DNA of 28,352 bases from positions 62,001-90,352 of the forward strand of contig JAXLQJ010000030.1 of the NCBI GenBank assembly GCA_046331705.1. The letters are read 5' to 3'. The notes beneath the pieces were generated by a model, which was given only the letters and a program-made list of their open reading frames with translations, was not told the DNA's origin and did not search any database. This stretch comes from a bacterium. Its GTDB lineage: Bacteria; JADJOY01. The translations under genes were made by a program, and so were the position numbers. Positions 11,439-20,303 of this stretch are shown one piece after another (position 1 is the stretch's first letter; each line of letters opens with the position of its first letter).

Positions 11439-13171
11439 CGCGGCGCTCGCCCGTCGTTCGCGCCCAGGTCGGCGACGATCAGGATCCAGCGGCCGAGATC
11501 GAGTCGCCCGACGCGACGGCTGCGACAGACACGCGCCACGTCTTCCCAGCTCGGATTGGGCAGCTCGCCGAGCCGATCGACGAGCTGCACGACGTGACGA
11601 TAGCGACCGGAGGCGGCCACGTCGTCGAACGACGCGCCAGCGAGCGCCCGGTCCGCCCACAACGGATCGACCCCGAAGCCACGCCGCGCGGCCATCGACG
11701 CCAGCTCCGGCTCGACGGGATAGCGGGCGATCCGAACCTGGCGGGTCGCGATCGCGCCGCCACGATCGCTCGCGATCCGCCACGCGAGCCCATCGACGCC
11801 GAGCTGATCGAAGAGCCCGTTCGCGAGCATCGGCTGCTCCGGATCGACGCGGCGCGAGGCGAAGCGCGCCAGGGCATCGAGCTCGGGCGCGCCCTCCAGC
11901 GCCGCACGCACGGCGGCGGGGAGCGCGACCGCCCACGGCGTCGCGGCACTCGCCATCAAGGCCGCCCACAGCACGAGCGGCGCGGTGGCGCTCGTCGAGA
12001 CCCGTCCCTCGGTCCCTCCCAGTCGCTCGCCGAGAGCGCGCACGCCACGACCGGCGAGCAATGCCGCCGCGGGCACCACCAGGATGGCGTGGCGCGACTC
12101 GTCGGTCGTCGAGAGCGTGAGCAGCGCCCAGCTCGTCACGATCACGAACGCCGACGCGCGGACCGTGAGCGAGCGCCAGCTCGTTCGCGCGCCGACGGCG
12201 GCGAGCACCGCCACGACGCACCCCACCAGCGGGCTCACGAAATACTCGTGCAGCCACGCCCGCGGGAAGAAGAGCAGATTCGCGCGGGAAAAGAGCGGTG
12301 CGTAGCTCGGGTGGCCGAAGAAGAAGTACCCGACCTGGGCCGGATCGGTGATCATCAGCCACGCGCCGAGCACCAGCAGCGGCGGCAGCAGCACCGCGGC
12401 GAGGCGGCGCGCCACGCGCCGCGCCATGGAGAGCGCGGCGGGCTCCGTCGCGACGGCGAGCGCCAGCGCCGCGATCTCGATCACGGCGAAGCTGTACTTC
12501 GTTCCGAGCCCGATCACGCCCACGAGGAGACCGAGCCCGGCCCAGCCCAGCGACTCACGCGCTGCCTCTGGCTCGCGCACGGCGCGACGCTCGAAACCGG
12601 TGAGGACGATCAGCAAAACGCCGAGCCCGGCGAGCGCCAGCGGCTCCAACATGCACAAGACCGCGTTGCCGACGCCGATCGGGCTGGTCGCGAACGCGGA
12701 GAGCGCGACGATCCAGCCACCCGCGATCGGCCCGTGCGACCGAGTCGCATTCGCCGGCGCGCACTCCTTCTCCACTCGCCACGCGGCCACGGCGAGCGCG
12801 CCAGCCGCGAAGGCGAGGAGCAGGACCGACGGCAGTCGACTCGCCGCGAGCGTCGGTCCAGCGATACCGTAGCTCACCGCGACCAGCAGCGAGTGCAACG
12901 GCGGATAGAAGCCCTGCCGAGCGATGGCCGCCCCGAGCTCGCCCACGCTCGCGTGCGTGGCGGCGCGCCACACATCGAACGCGGCGCGAGCATGGGCGGC
13001 TTCGTCCTCGTCGAACGGGACCTGCGTCGCGCGCACGGTCGCCGCCAACCACGCCAGCAGCCCCAGCGTGGCGACCACGGTCGCGCCGCCCAAGAGCCAG
13101 CTCAGCGCCCGCGCCGAACGCGCGTCCGCGCTCGGCTCCTGGCTGCGCTCGGTGCCGATCGGAGGCGCCAT
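11435..13171 (-). CDS. Polytopic membrane protein, probable GT-C glycosyltransferase
   Basis: 578 aa; DEDEAAH after the first TM, YPPLH, SRLPS, MLEP, GTKY, RH motif; translationally coupled to the next GT. Confidence 0.65.
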   Translation of the reverse strand: MAPPIGTERSQEPSADARSARALSWLLGGATVVATLGLLAWLAATVRATQVPFDEDEAAHARAAFDVWRAATHASVGELGAAIARQGFYPPLHSLLVAVSYGIAGPTLAASRLPSVLLLAFAAGALAVAAWRVEKECAPANATRSHGPIAGGWIVALSAFATSPIGVGNAVLCMLEPLALAGLGVLLIVLTGFERRAVREPEAARESLGWAGLGLLVGVIGLGTKYSFAVIEIAALALAVATEPAALSMARRVARRLAAVLLPPLLVLGAWLMITDPAQVGYFFFGHPSYAPLFSRANLLFFPRAWLHEYFVSPLVGCVVAVLAAVGARTSWRSLTVRASAFVIVTSWALLTLSTTDESRHAILVVPAAALLAGRGVRALGERLGGTEGRVSTSATAPLVLWAALMASAATPWAVALPAAVRAALEGAPELDALARFASRRVDPEQPMLANGLFDQLGVDGLAWRIASDRGGAIATRQVRIARYPVEPELASMAARRGFGVDPLWADRALAGASFDDVAASGRYRHVVQLVDRLGELPNPSWEDVARVCRSRRVGRLDLGRWILIVADLGANDGRAPR

Positions 13172-13277
13172 TCCGGGGTTCGGTTCGCCGGCGGCACGCG
13201 GCGCTCGCCAACGCGCCGAACGCGCTCCTCACGCGGCGAGCAGCACGAGCGACGGGCCGCCACCGCGAAGGGCGCCG

Positions 13278-13286
13278 GTTATACCA
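13278..13286. promoter_or_regulatory. Overlapping divergent -10 elements (minus TGG-TATAAC, plus TATACC)
   Basis: GGTTATACC is the only AT-rich spot in the 121-nt spacer between the divergent GT and RNase genes. Confidence 0.5.
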
Positions 13287-13292
13287 CGGCAC

Positions 13293-14756
13293 ATGACGGG
13301 CGCTCGCACCGTGGTGATCAGCCGGAGCACCTGGGAGGATCGGGTCGCGCTGCTCGAGGACGAGCGCGTCGTCGAGATCGAGATCGAGCGCCGTGGAGCG
13401 CCGACGAGGCCCGGCGACGTGTACGTCGCGCGCCTGCGGCGAATCGTGCCCGGGCTCGACGCCGCGTTCCTGGACCTCGGCGCCGACCGCCCCGCCTACC
13501 TGCCGCTGCCTGCCAGCGAGCGCGCGCTGCTAGGCGCCTTGCGCCGCGGCCAGTCGCTGCTCGTGCAGGTCGTGAAGGCGCCGCTCGGCGGCAAGGGCGC
13601 GAGGCTATCGGCCCGACCGATTCTCTCGACGCGCCATTGGGTGCTGAGCGCCGGCGGTCGCGGCACGGCGATCTCACGCAAGATCGTCGATCCGGCGCAG
13701 CGGGAGCGGCTGCGCGCGGTCGCGGAGGCCGTGGCGCTCGACGACGCGGCGCTCATCGTGCGCACCAGCGCCGTGGAGCAGTCGACGGAGGCCTTGGTCG
13801 GCGAAGCCCGTCGGCTCGTCGAGCAATGGCGCGCCCTCGAGCGCCTCGCCGCGACCGTGTCCCCGCCGGCGCGAGTGCGGCACGAGCTCGAGCTGCCGTT
13901 GCGGTGGGTGCGCGATCGGCTGGAGGGGGTGCCCACGCGGATCGTGGTCGACGACGCCGAGCTCGCGGCGCAGATCCATGCGTTCGCACCGCCTGGCGAT
14001 GCCGACGTGAGCCCGGTGTGCACGATCGAGGTGATCACGGCCGATGCGTTCCAGCGCCACGGCGTCGAGCACGCGCTCGACGATGCCCTCGCGCGTTCCG
14101 TTCGCCTCCCCTCGGGCGGTCACGTCACGTTCGACGCCACCCGCGCGCTCACGGCCGTCGACGTCGACACCGGCCGCTTCGTCGGCACGCGCGGCCTGTC
14201 CGAGACGATCGTCGCGACCAACCTCGAGGCCGCGCACGAGATCGCGCGGCAGCTGCGTTTGCGGAACATCGGCGGCATCGTGGTGGTGGACTTCATCGAC
14301 ATGCAGCGCGCGAGCGACCGCGAGCGGGTGCTGGACACGCTGCGGGCCGCCAGCGCCCACGACCCGGCCCCCATCGAGATCCTGCCCTTCACGCCGCTGG
14401 GACTGGTGCAGATCACCCGCAAGCGCACCCGACCGACCCTCGCCGAGCAGCTGCTCGACGAGTGCCCGGCCTGCGCGGGCTCGGGACGTGTCCCGGCGTC
14501 CGCCGCCACCGGTGCGCGGGCGCTCCGGGCCCTGGAGACGCGCGCCACCGAGGGGTCGCGAACGGCGCTGGTGGTGCGCGCGAGCCCGCGCGTCGCCGAG
14601 TGGCTGCGCCGCGATGCGGCCGTGGCGCTGGATCGGATCGAGCGACTGCTCGGACGTTCGGTGCTGGTCCGCGGCGACGAGCGCTTGCCGACCGACGCGT
14701 TCGTGGTCGAGCCGCCGATCGCCAGAGACGGAACGGGCGCTCCACCCGAGGGGTGA
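13293..14756 (+). CDS. RNase E/G family ribonuclease (RNase G-like), 487 aa
   Basis: S1 motif PGLDAAFLDLG, VQVVK..GGKGARLS, 5' sensor IVRT, TAVDVDTG, TNLEAA.EIARQLRLRNIGGIVVVDFIDM, Zn-link CPACAGSG; start MTGARTVV. Confidence 0.9.
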   Translation: MTGARTVVISRSTWEDRVALLEDERVVEIEIERRGAPTRPGDVYVARLRRIVPGLDAAFLDLGADRPAYLPLPASERALLGALRRGQSLLVQVVKAPLGGKGARLSARPILSTRHWVLSAGGRGTAISRKIVDPAQRERLRAVAEAVALDDAALIVRTSAVEQSTEALVGEARRLVEQWRALERLAATVSPPARVRHELELPLRWVRDRLEGVPTRIVVDDAELAAQIHAFAPPGDADVSPVCTIEVITADAFQRHGVEHALDDALARSVRLPSGGHVTFDATRALTAVDVDTGRFVGTRGLSETIVATNLEAAHEIARQLRLRNIGGIVVVDFIDMQRASDRERVLDTLRAASAHDPAPIEILPFTPLGLVQITRKRTRPTLAEQLLDECPACAGSGRVPASAATGARALRALETRATEGSRTALVVRASPRVAEWLRRDAAVALDRIERLLGRSVLVRGDERLPTDAFVVEPPIARDGTGAPPEG

Positions 14757-14799
14757 AGCGCCCGCCAACCTCCGTGGCAGCCGCGCGTGCGGCGCGCGT

Positions 14800-15795
14800 T
14801 CAGCCTTCGGCCTTGAGCTTCTTCACCGCGTCGGTGACCGCGGGGACGAGCTGGAACAGGTCACCGACGATCCCGTAATCCGCCTTCTGGAAGATCGGCG
14901 CGTCCGGATCCTTGTTCACCGCCACGATCACCTTCGAGGTGCGCATGCCCGCGAGGTGCTGGATGGCGCCCGAGATGCCGAACGCCAGGTAGAGCGACGG
15001 GTTCACCACCTTGCCCGTCTGGCCGACCTGCATGTTGTGCGGTGCGAAGCCCGAGTCCACGGCCGCGCGGCTCGCGCCCACCGTGCATCCCTCGCCGATC
15101 GCGTCCGAGAGGTCCCACAGGATCTTGAAGTTCTCCGCCGCCTTCATCGCGCGGCCGCCGGAAACGATGATGTTCGCCTCGGTGAGGTCCACCTTGGCGC
15201 CCGCGGAGCGACGCACCTCGACGACCTTCGACGCGAGCGCGCCAGCGTCGAGGGTCACGGCGAGCGTCTCGACCTGCGCCGTGCGGCTGGCGTCGGCCTC
15301 GCGCGCCTTGAAGCTGTTGGGACGAATCGTGGCGAGCTGCGGATTGCTGGTGACGGCGATCTGCTCGTACGCCTTGCCCGAGTAGACCGGACGCATGGCG
15401 AGCATGCGACCGTCCGCGCCGAGCGAGATCTCCGTGCAGTCCGTGGCGAGCCCGGCGTCGAGACGCGCCGCGACCCGCGGCACCAGATCGCGCCCCAGCG
15501 CCGTGTGGCCCGCGAGCACGATGTCGGGATTCGACGCCTGGATGGCCTGGGTCACCGCAGCCGTGTAGCCGTCGTTCGAGTAGAGCTGCAGCGCCGGATG
15601 ATCCACCACCACCACCTTGTCGGCACCGTGAGCACCGAGCGTCTGCGCGAGACCCGCGACGCCGGCGCCGACGACGACCGCGGTCACCGTACCGCCGCTC
15701 GCATCCGCGAGCTGGCGAGCCACCGCGAGCCCTTCCAAGGAGACCTTCTTGAGCGAGCCTTCTCGCTGCTCGGCGATCGTGAGCACGTTGGCCAT
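14800..15795 (-). CDS. etfA: Electron transfer flavoprotein subunit alpha
   Basis: [51 protein letters not shown]. Confidence 0.96.
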   Translation of the reverse strand: MANVLTIAEQREGSLKKVSLEGLAVARQLADASGGTVTAVVVGAGVAGLAQTLGAHGADKVVVVDHPALQLYSNDGYTAAVTQAIQASNPDIVLAGHTALGRDLVPRVAARLDAGLATDCTEISLGADGRMLAMRPVYSGKAYEQIAVTSNPQLATIRPNSFKAREADASRTAQVETLAVTLDAGALASKVVEVRRSAGAKVDLTEANIIVSGGRAMKAAENFKILWDLSDAIGEGCTVGASRAAVDSGFAPHNMQVGQTGKVVNPSLYLAFGISGAIQHLAGMRTSKVIVAVNKDPDAPIFQKADYGIVGDLFQLVPAVTDAVKKLKAEG

Positions 15796-15856
15796 GATTT
15801 CCTCGTGTGTTCGTTCGGAAGAAGTTGAGGTGTCGAGACGTCGGTTCCCGGTGCGG

Positions 15857-16648
15857 TCAGAGAACCTTCGCCTCCTCGCGGAGCAGCCGCACCAGCTCGG
15901 CCGCCGCCGCCTCGGGCGTCTCCGCCTCGATTCGCCGCCCCGCCTTGCGGTCCGGCAGCGGCATCAACTTCACGCGCTTCGCCTTGGCTCCCGCGGCGCC
16001 CACCTGGCCTTCGAGGCCGAGGTCTGCGGGCTTGAGCTCCTTCACCTCTTTCTTCTTGGCCTTCATGATCCCCGGCAACGACGCGTAGCGCGGCTCGTTG
16101 AGGCCCTTCTCGCAGGTGATGAGCGCGGGCAGCTTGAGCTCGACGATCTCGTCGCCGCCCTCGATTCGCCGCGTCGCCTTGGCGGTCTTGCCGTCGGCGG
16201 CGATCTCGAGCGCCGTCACGATCGTCGCCTGCGCGAGCCCGGCGAGCTCGGCGACGCGGACCGCCACCTGCGCCTGATCGCCGTCGATCGCCTGCTTACC
16301 GGCGAACACGACGTCCGGCGCGACGGTCTTCAGCGCGGCGGCCAGCGCCTTCGCGGTGGCTTGGGCGTCTCCGCCCTCGAATGCGGGGTCCTTCAAGTGA
16401 ATGGCGCGATCGCAGCCCATCGCGAGCGCGGTGCGGATCGTCTCGAGCACCCGATCCGGGCCGAGGCTGACGACCACCACCTCGCCGCCCAGCTTCTCCT
16501 TGGTCCGCAGCGCCTCTTCGACCGCAAACTCGCAGTACGGGCTCATGACGTACTTGACGCCCGTCGCCACGATGTCGCTGGCGGTGTCGTTGATCTTGAT
16601 CACCGTCTCCGTATCGGGTGTTTGCTTGATGATGACCGCGATCTTCAC
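15857..16648 (-). CDS. etfB: Electron transfer flavoprotein subunit beta
   Basis: KQTPDT, PYCEFAVEEAL, ALAMGCD, GKQAIDGD, NEPRYASLPGIMKAKKK; AGGAGG RBS with GTG start. Confidence 0.96.
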   Translation of the reverse strand: MKIAVIIKQTPDTETVIKINDTASDIVATGVKYVMSPYCEFAVEEALRTKEKLGGEVVVVSLGPDRVLETIRTALAMGCDRAIHLKDPAFEGGDAQATAKALAAALKTVAPDVVFAGKQAIDGDQAQVAVRVAELAGLAQATIVTALEIAADGKTAKATRRIEGGDEIVELKLPALITCEKGLNEPRYASLPGIMKAKKKEVKELKPADLGLEGQVGAAGAKAKRVKLMPLPDRKAGRRIEAETPEAAAAELVRLLREEAKVL

Positions 16649-16814
16649 TCGAGACCTCCTGCGTGGCCGCCGACGCGCTCGCGCTGGTCGGCCCGTTCGA
16701 GGGGTGTGCCGGCGCTGGCGCCGGTGTTCGCCACTGACTGACGTTCGGGGTCGCCGTGCGGAAGCCGGCCGTGCGCGTGGGCGCTGCGCCGCGTTGCCGC
16801 GAGGCGACGGCGAC

Positions 16815-16844
16815 GAGATAGCCGAGCGCGAAAGAGCGCGTCAA
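16815..16844 (-). promoter_or_regulatory. Putative sigma70 promoter of etfBA (TTGACG-N18-TATCTC)
   Basis: -35 at 16839-16844, -10 at 16815-16820. Confidence 0.45.
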
Positions 16845-16905
16845 GCGCCGCACTGCGTCGTAACCGGGCCCGTCCGACGCACCGGAGACGGGCCCCGAGC
16901 GCGAC

Positions 16906-17385
16906 TCAGAACGGCAAGGCGAGCACGGCTTTTCCGAGAATGTCGTCGGCGGCGATGAGGCCGATCTTGCGCGAGTCGACGAAGTCGGCGTCCTCGTTGA
17001 GCCGGAGCACGTAGTACTTCCCTGCCGGCACTCGCCCCATCGTTCGCCCCTGCGGGTCGATGGTCTTCTCGAAGAGGTCCCAGATGCTCTGATTGGTCTT
17101 GTCGAGAAGCACCAGGTCGCCTGGCGCGCCGCGCACGCGGCCGAGCTGGCGCTGGGTCTCGCCGCGGAACGTGTAGCGGTAATAGACGTCGGCACCCTTC
17201 GCGAAGCTGCGGGCGCGGATGTTCACCAGCACCCGGTGGCCGGCCGCGTACGCGGGCTCCATCGCGTCGTAGTCCGTGGCGACCGCGGGGACCCGGAAGA
17301 ACACGTAGAACCCCACGCAGACGACGATCACGAGCAGGGCGATCGCGTTGCGGATCTGCTGTGCACGATTGGTCGGTTCGGCCAT
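16906..17385 (-). CDS. Signal peptidase I (S26)-like membrane-anchored protein lacking the catalytic Ser and Lys, 159 aa
   Basis: N-terminal TM; box B-like DAMEP..GHRVLV, box D-like GRVRGAPGD, VPAGKYYVL, box E-like DSRKIG..ILGKA; GAGGT RBS before ATG 17385. Confidence 0.75.
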   Translation of the reverse strand: MAEPTNRAQQIRNAIALLVIVVCVGFYVFFRVPAVATDYDAMEPAYAAGHRVLVNIRARSFAKGADVYYRYTFRGETQRQLGRVRGAPGDLVLLDKTNQSIWDLFEKTIDPQGRTMGRVPAGKYYVLRLNEDADFVDSRKIGLIAADDILGKAVLALPF

Positions 17386-17504
17386 GGCCACCTCGCATCC
17401 TGCGCTGCCGCGCGCGCGTTCCGGCGCGTTTGCGGAAAGGCGTACGACGCGCTCACCTCGCCAGTGGGCGCGGACGCCACCGCCCACCCGCCCGCGCGTC
17501 GCGA

Positions 17505-18437
17505 TCAATCACACCGCGGAACCCGCACCTCGAGCTTGTCTTTGTCGGGATCGCGGAATCCGAACTCCCGTGGTGCCACCAAGGTGAAGGAGCCGGATTC
17601 CCCCGGGCCGAGTCGGCTCGGGTTGACGTTGACGTAGACGGGCGCCATCGGCGCGCCGTCGCGAAGGGCGAAACGCGTGAGCTCGACCTGCACGGTCTTG
17701 GCGACGCCCTCGCCGTTGTTCTGCACGCTGCCCACGTACGTGAGCGTCTGCGCCACCGTGTCGATGGTCTTGTCGGGCTTGCCGACGAGCTGCACGCTGC
17801 AGCGTCCCGCGGGCGTCACGGGCGCCGTGGCCTGCGAGCTCGGGTCGCAACGCACGTAATCGATCATGAGATCGTCGCGCTCCGGGTTGCGCAGGCCCTG
17901 CTTGCGGTAGTAGCCCTTGACCTCGAACGTCCCCCGCTCGCGCGGGTCGAGGTTGCTGGGCGACAGGACGCCGGATGCGGATTCGATCTGGCTGCCGTCG
18001 ATCGCGCTGAAGAGCTTGAGGTGCGCCTGCACGCCTCGCGCAAGGCCGTTGCCGCCGTTCTCCACCGTGCCCCGGTACGTGATCGTCGCGTACCGAAGAT
18101 CGACCGTCTTGGTGGGTTGCTCGACGTAGCGAAGCGCGCACGTGAGCGCCCCGGAGCCGCCGGTGCCGTCACCAGGCGAGCCGGACTGCTCCGGGGCGGG
18201 CGCGGCGCCGTCGCTGGAGCCGGAGGCCGACTGTACCGAGTTGAAGACGCCGCGGGGCGCCGGAGACGTGGCCGGCGGACCTCCTCCGGTTGTGTTGGCC
18301 CGGTACTCGCGCGGAATCGCCGCCTCTTGATCGACGAAGTGCAGGTTGCCCTGCGCATCGCGATACGAGAACATCTCCGCCATCGCCGGTGTGACGGACG
18401 CCAGCCACAGCGCGACAAGCAGCGTTCGTGTCCGCAT
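17505..18437 (-). CDS. Secreted protein: signal peptide, DUF4124-like domain, low-complexity linker, two tandem Ig-like (FxLYD/CARDB-like) repeats, 310 aa
   Basis: MRTRTLLVALWLASVTPAMA signal; YRDAQGNLHFVD..IPREYR; two repeats of about 98 aa with G.V.N.G and L.P.E.G.F; AAAGGT RBS. Confidence 0.7.
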   Translation of the reverse strand: MRTRTLLVALWLASVTPAMAEMFSYRDAQGNLHFVDQEAAIPREYRANTTGGGPPATSPAPRGVFNSVQSASGSSDGAAPAPEQSGSPGDGTGGSGALTCALRYVEQPTKTVDLRYATITYRGTVENGGNGLARGVQAHLKLFSAIDGSQIESASGVLSPSNLDPRERGTFEVKGYYRKQGLRNPERDDLMIDYVRCDPSSQATAPVTPAGRCSVQLVGKPDKTIDTVAQTLTYVGSVQNNGEGVAKTVQVELTRFALRDGAPMAPVYVNVNPSRLGPGESGSFTLVAPREFGFRDPDKDKLEVRVPRCD

Positions 18438-18462
18438 CCGTTCACCTTTCGATCGCGGCGCG

Positions 18463-18491
18463 AACATAACCCGCGTGCCGCGAGGCGTCGA
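18463..18491 (-). promoter_or_regulatory. Putative sigma70 promoter (TCGACG-N17-TATGTT) for the secreted-protein gene
   Basis: Located about 25 nt upstream of ATG 18437 in the divergent spacer shared with ffh. Confidence 0.4.
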
Positions 18492-18578
18492 ACGCTTGCC
18501 CGCCTGCGCAGGGTCGAGTAACTTCAGGCGTTTTTTCGAGCGCGCCGGTATCGTCGCGCGACCGAGTCGATACTCCTC

Positions 18579-19919
18579 ATGTTCGATGGGCTGAGCCAAC
18601 GCCTGGAGTCCACCCTGCGCCGCATGCGCGGTCAGGGGAAGATTCGTGAGTCCAACGTCCAGGACGCCCTCGCCGAGGTGCGCACCGCGTTGCTCGAGGC
18701 CGACGTCAACCTCGGGGTCGTCAAAGGCTTCATCGAGAGCGTCACGCAGAAGGCCATGGGCGCCGAGGTGCTTCAGAGCCTCACGCCGGGCCAGCAATTC
18801 ATCAAGATCGTTCATCGCGAGCTGATCGCGCTGCTCGGTGGCGAGTTCCAGGACATCGACCTCGCCGCCCGCCCGCCCGTGCCCCTCATGCTCGTGGGCC
18901 TGCAGGGCGCGGGCAAGACCACCAGCGCCGGCAAGCTCGCGAAGTACCTCAAGAGCCAGGGCCGCGAGCCCATGCTCGTCTCGACGGACGTGCGGCGTCC
19001 GGCGGCCATGCTTCAGCTCGAGCGCCTGGGCGAGCGGATCGGCGTGAAGGTCTTCAAGCCCAAGGATCCCACCGACCCGGTCGCGATCGCACGCGCCGCG
19101 CTCAAGGAAGCCGAGGTCGGGATCGAGGACGTGTTGATCCTCGACACCGCCGGTCGGCTGCACGTGGACGACGAGCTGATGCTCGAGCTCGAGCGGCTCA
19201 AGAGCGCGGTGCTTCCTCAGGAGATCCTGCTCGTCGCCGACGCGATGACCGGCCAGGACGCGGTACAAGTGGCACGCGCGTTCGACGAGCGGCTCGACCT
19301 GGACGGCGTGATCCTCACCAAGCTCGATGGTGACGCGCGCGGCGGGGCGGCCCTGAGCATCAAGTCGGTCACGGGAAAGCCCATCAAGCTGGTCGGCATG
19401 GGCGAGAACATGGAGGCGCTCGAGCCGTTCCACCCGGATCGGATGGCGAACCGCATCCTCGGCATGGGCGACCTCCTGACCTTCATCGAGAAGGCGGAAC
19501 GCGTCGTCGACGAGAAGACGGCCGTCGAGCTCGAGCGCAAGATCCAGAAGAACTCGTTCACCATCGAGGACTTCCGCGATCAGCTCGTCGCGCTCAAGCA
19601 GATGGGATCGATCGACCAGCTCGCCGGCATGATCCCGGGCTTGAACCGCCTCACCGCGGGCAAGGACCTCTCGGGCGCCACCAAGGAGCTCTCGAAGATC
19701 GAGGCCATCATCAATTCGATGACCCGTCAGGAGCGCGCGCGGCCGGGACTGCTGAACGCGAGTCGACGTCGCCGAATCGCCACCGGCAGCGGCACCGGCG
19801 TGGCGGACGTGAATCGATTCCTCAAGCAATACGATCAAATGACCAAGCTGATGAAACGCATGGCATCGCCGGGAGGTCGAATCTTCCAGGGGATGCGCTT
19901 GGGGGCTCGCCCCCACTGA
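18579..19919 (+). CDS. ffh: Signal recognition particle protein Ffh
   Basis: ALLEADV, GLQGAGKTT, DTAGRL, TKLDGDARGGAALS, RILGMGD, M domain IINSMT..ER, SRRRRIATGSG. Confidence 0.98.
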   Translation: MFDGLSQRLESTLRRMRGQGKIRESNVQDALAEVRTALLEADVNLGVVKGFIESVTQKAMGAEVLQSLTPGQQFIKIVHRELIALLGGEFQDIDLAARPPVPLMLVGLQGAGKTTSAGKLAKYLKSQGREPMLVSTDVRRPAAMLQLERLGERIGVKVFKPKDPTDPVAIARAALKEAEVGIEDVLILDTAGRLHVDDELMLELERLKSAVLPQEILLVADAMTGQDAVQVARAFDERLDLDGVILTKLDGDARGGAALSIKSVTGKPIKLVGMGENMEALEPFHPDRMANRILGMGDLLTFIEKAERVVDEKTAVELERKIQKNSFTIEDFRDQLVALKQMGSIDQLAGMIPGLNRLTAGKDLSGATKELSKIEAIINSMTRQERARPGLLNASRRRRIATGSGTGVADVNRFLKQYDQMTKLMKRMASPGGRIFQGMRLGARPH

Positions 19920-19999
19920 TTCCGAAGCTACGGGGCGGGGACCGAGCATCTGGGAAGTGGCCCAGATTCCGGCGGCCCGTCCGAGGAGACGTGATCGAC

Positions 20000-20266
20000 A
20001 TGGCCGTTCGCATTCGTTTGGCTCGAGCCGGCGCCAAGGGTAAGCCGTTTTACCGCGTCGTGGCCGCGGACTCGCAGTTCCCGCGCGACGGGCGCTATCT
20101 GGAAGCGCTCGGAACGTACGATCCGCGGAAGAGCCCGCCCGAGGTGAAGCTGAAGGTGGACCGCGTGAAGCACTGGCTCGGTCAAGGCGCACTGCCCACC
20201 GACACCCTCAAGCGCTTCCTGAAGCCTTCCGCCCTCGGCACCGAGTCCGCCGCCAAGGCGGGCTGA
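20000..20266 (+). CDS. rpsP: 30S ribosomal protein S16
   Basis: MAVRIRLARAG..KPFYRVVAADS..PRDGR..GTYDP, WLGQGA; GAGGAG at 19983-19988 favours ATG 20000 over GTG 19991. Confidence 0.97.
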   Translation: MAVRIRLARAGAKGKPFYRVVAADSQFPRDGRYLEALGTYDPRKSPPEVKLKVDRVKHWLGQGALPTDTLKRFLKPSALGTESAAKAG

Positions 20267-20279
20267 ACGCCGCCACCCG

Positions 20280-20303
20280 TACCGCGCCCACCCCGGCGCG
20301 GTA
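20280..20303 (+). other. 9-bp stem-loop downstream of rpsP (no U-tract)
   Basis: TACCGCGCC-cacccc-GGCGCGGTA perfect inverted repeat. Confidence 0.5.

Noticed and set aside
11439..12362. N-terminal extension making the GT an 870-aa protein
   Set aside because: Arg-rich off-frame overlap with the upstream gene; the ATGA coupling at 11435-11438 marks the start
12924..13292. Upstream extension of the RNase G ORF
   Set aside because: Overlaps the divergent GT gene and its promoter; family similarity begins near 13293
11594..14878. 1094-aa plus-strand ORF and the many other long overlapping ORFs (e.g. 22-1641, 7026-8840, 26523-28103)
   Set aside because: Stop-poor shadow frames expected at high GC; Arg/Ala/Pro-rich or antisense-codon patterns with no recognisable motifs
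19920..19999. SRP RNA (ffs) next to ffh
   Set aside because: Lacks the conserved CAGG..GGAA..AGCA domain IV pattern
17505..20192. 895-aa minus-strand ORF spanning ffh and rpsP
   Set aside because: The N-terminal two-thirds is an antisense shadow of ffh; the real gene starts at 18437 with a signal peptide and RBS
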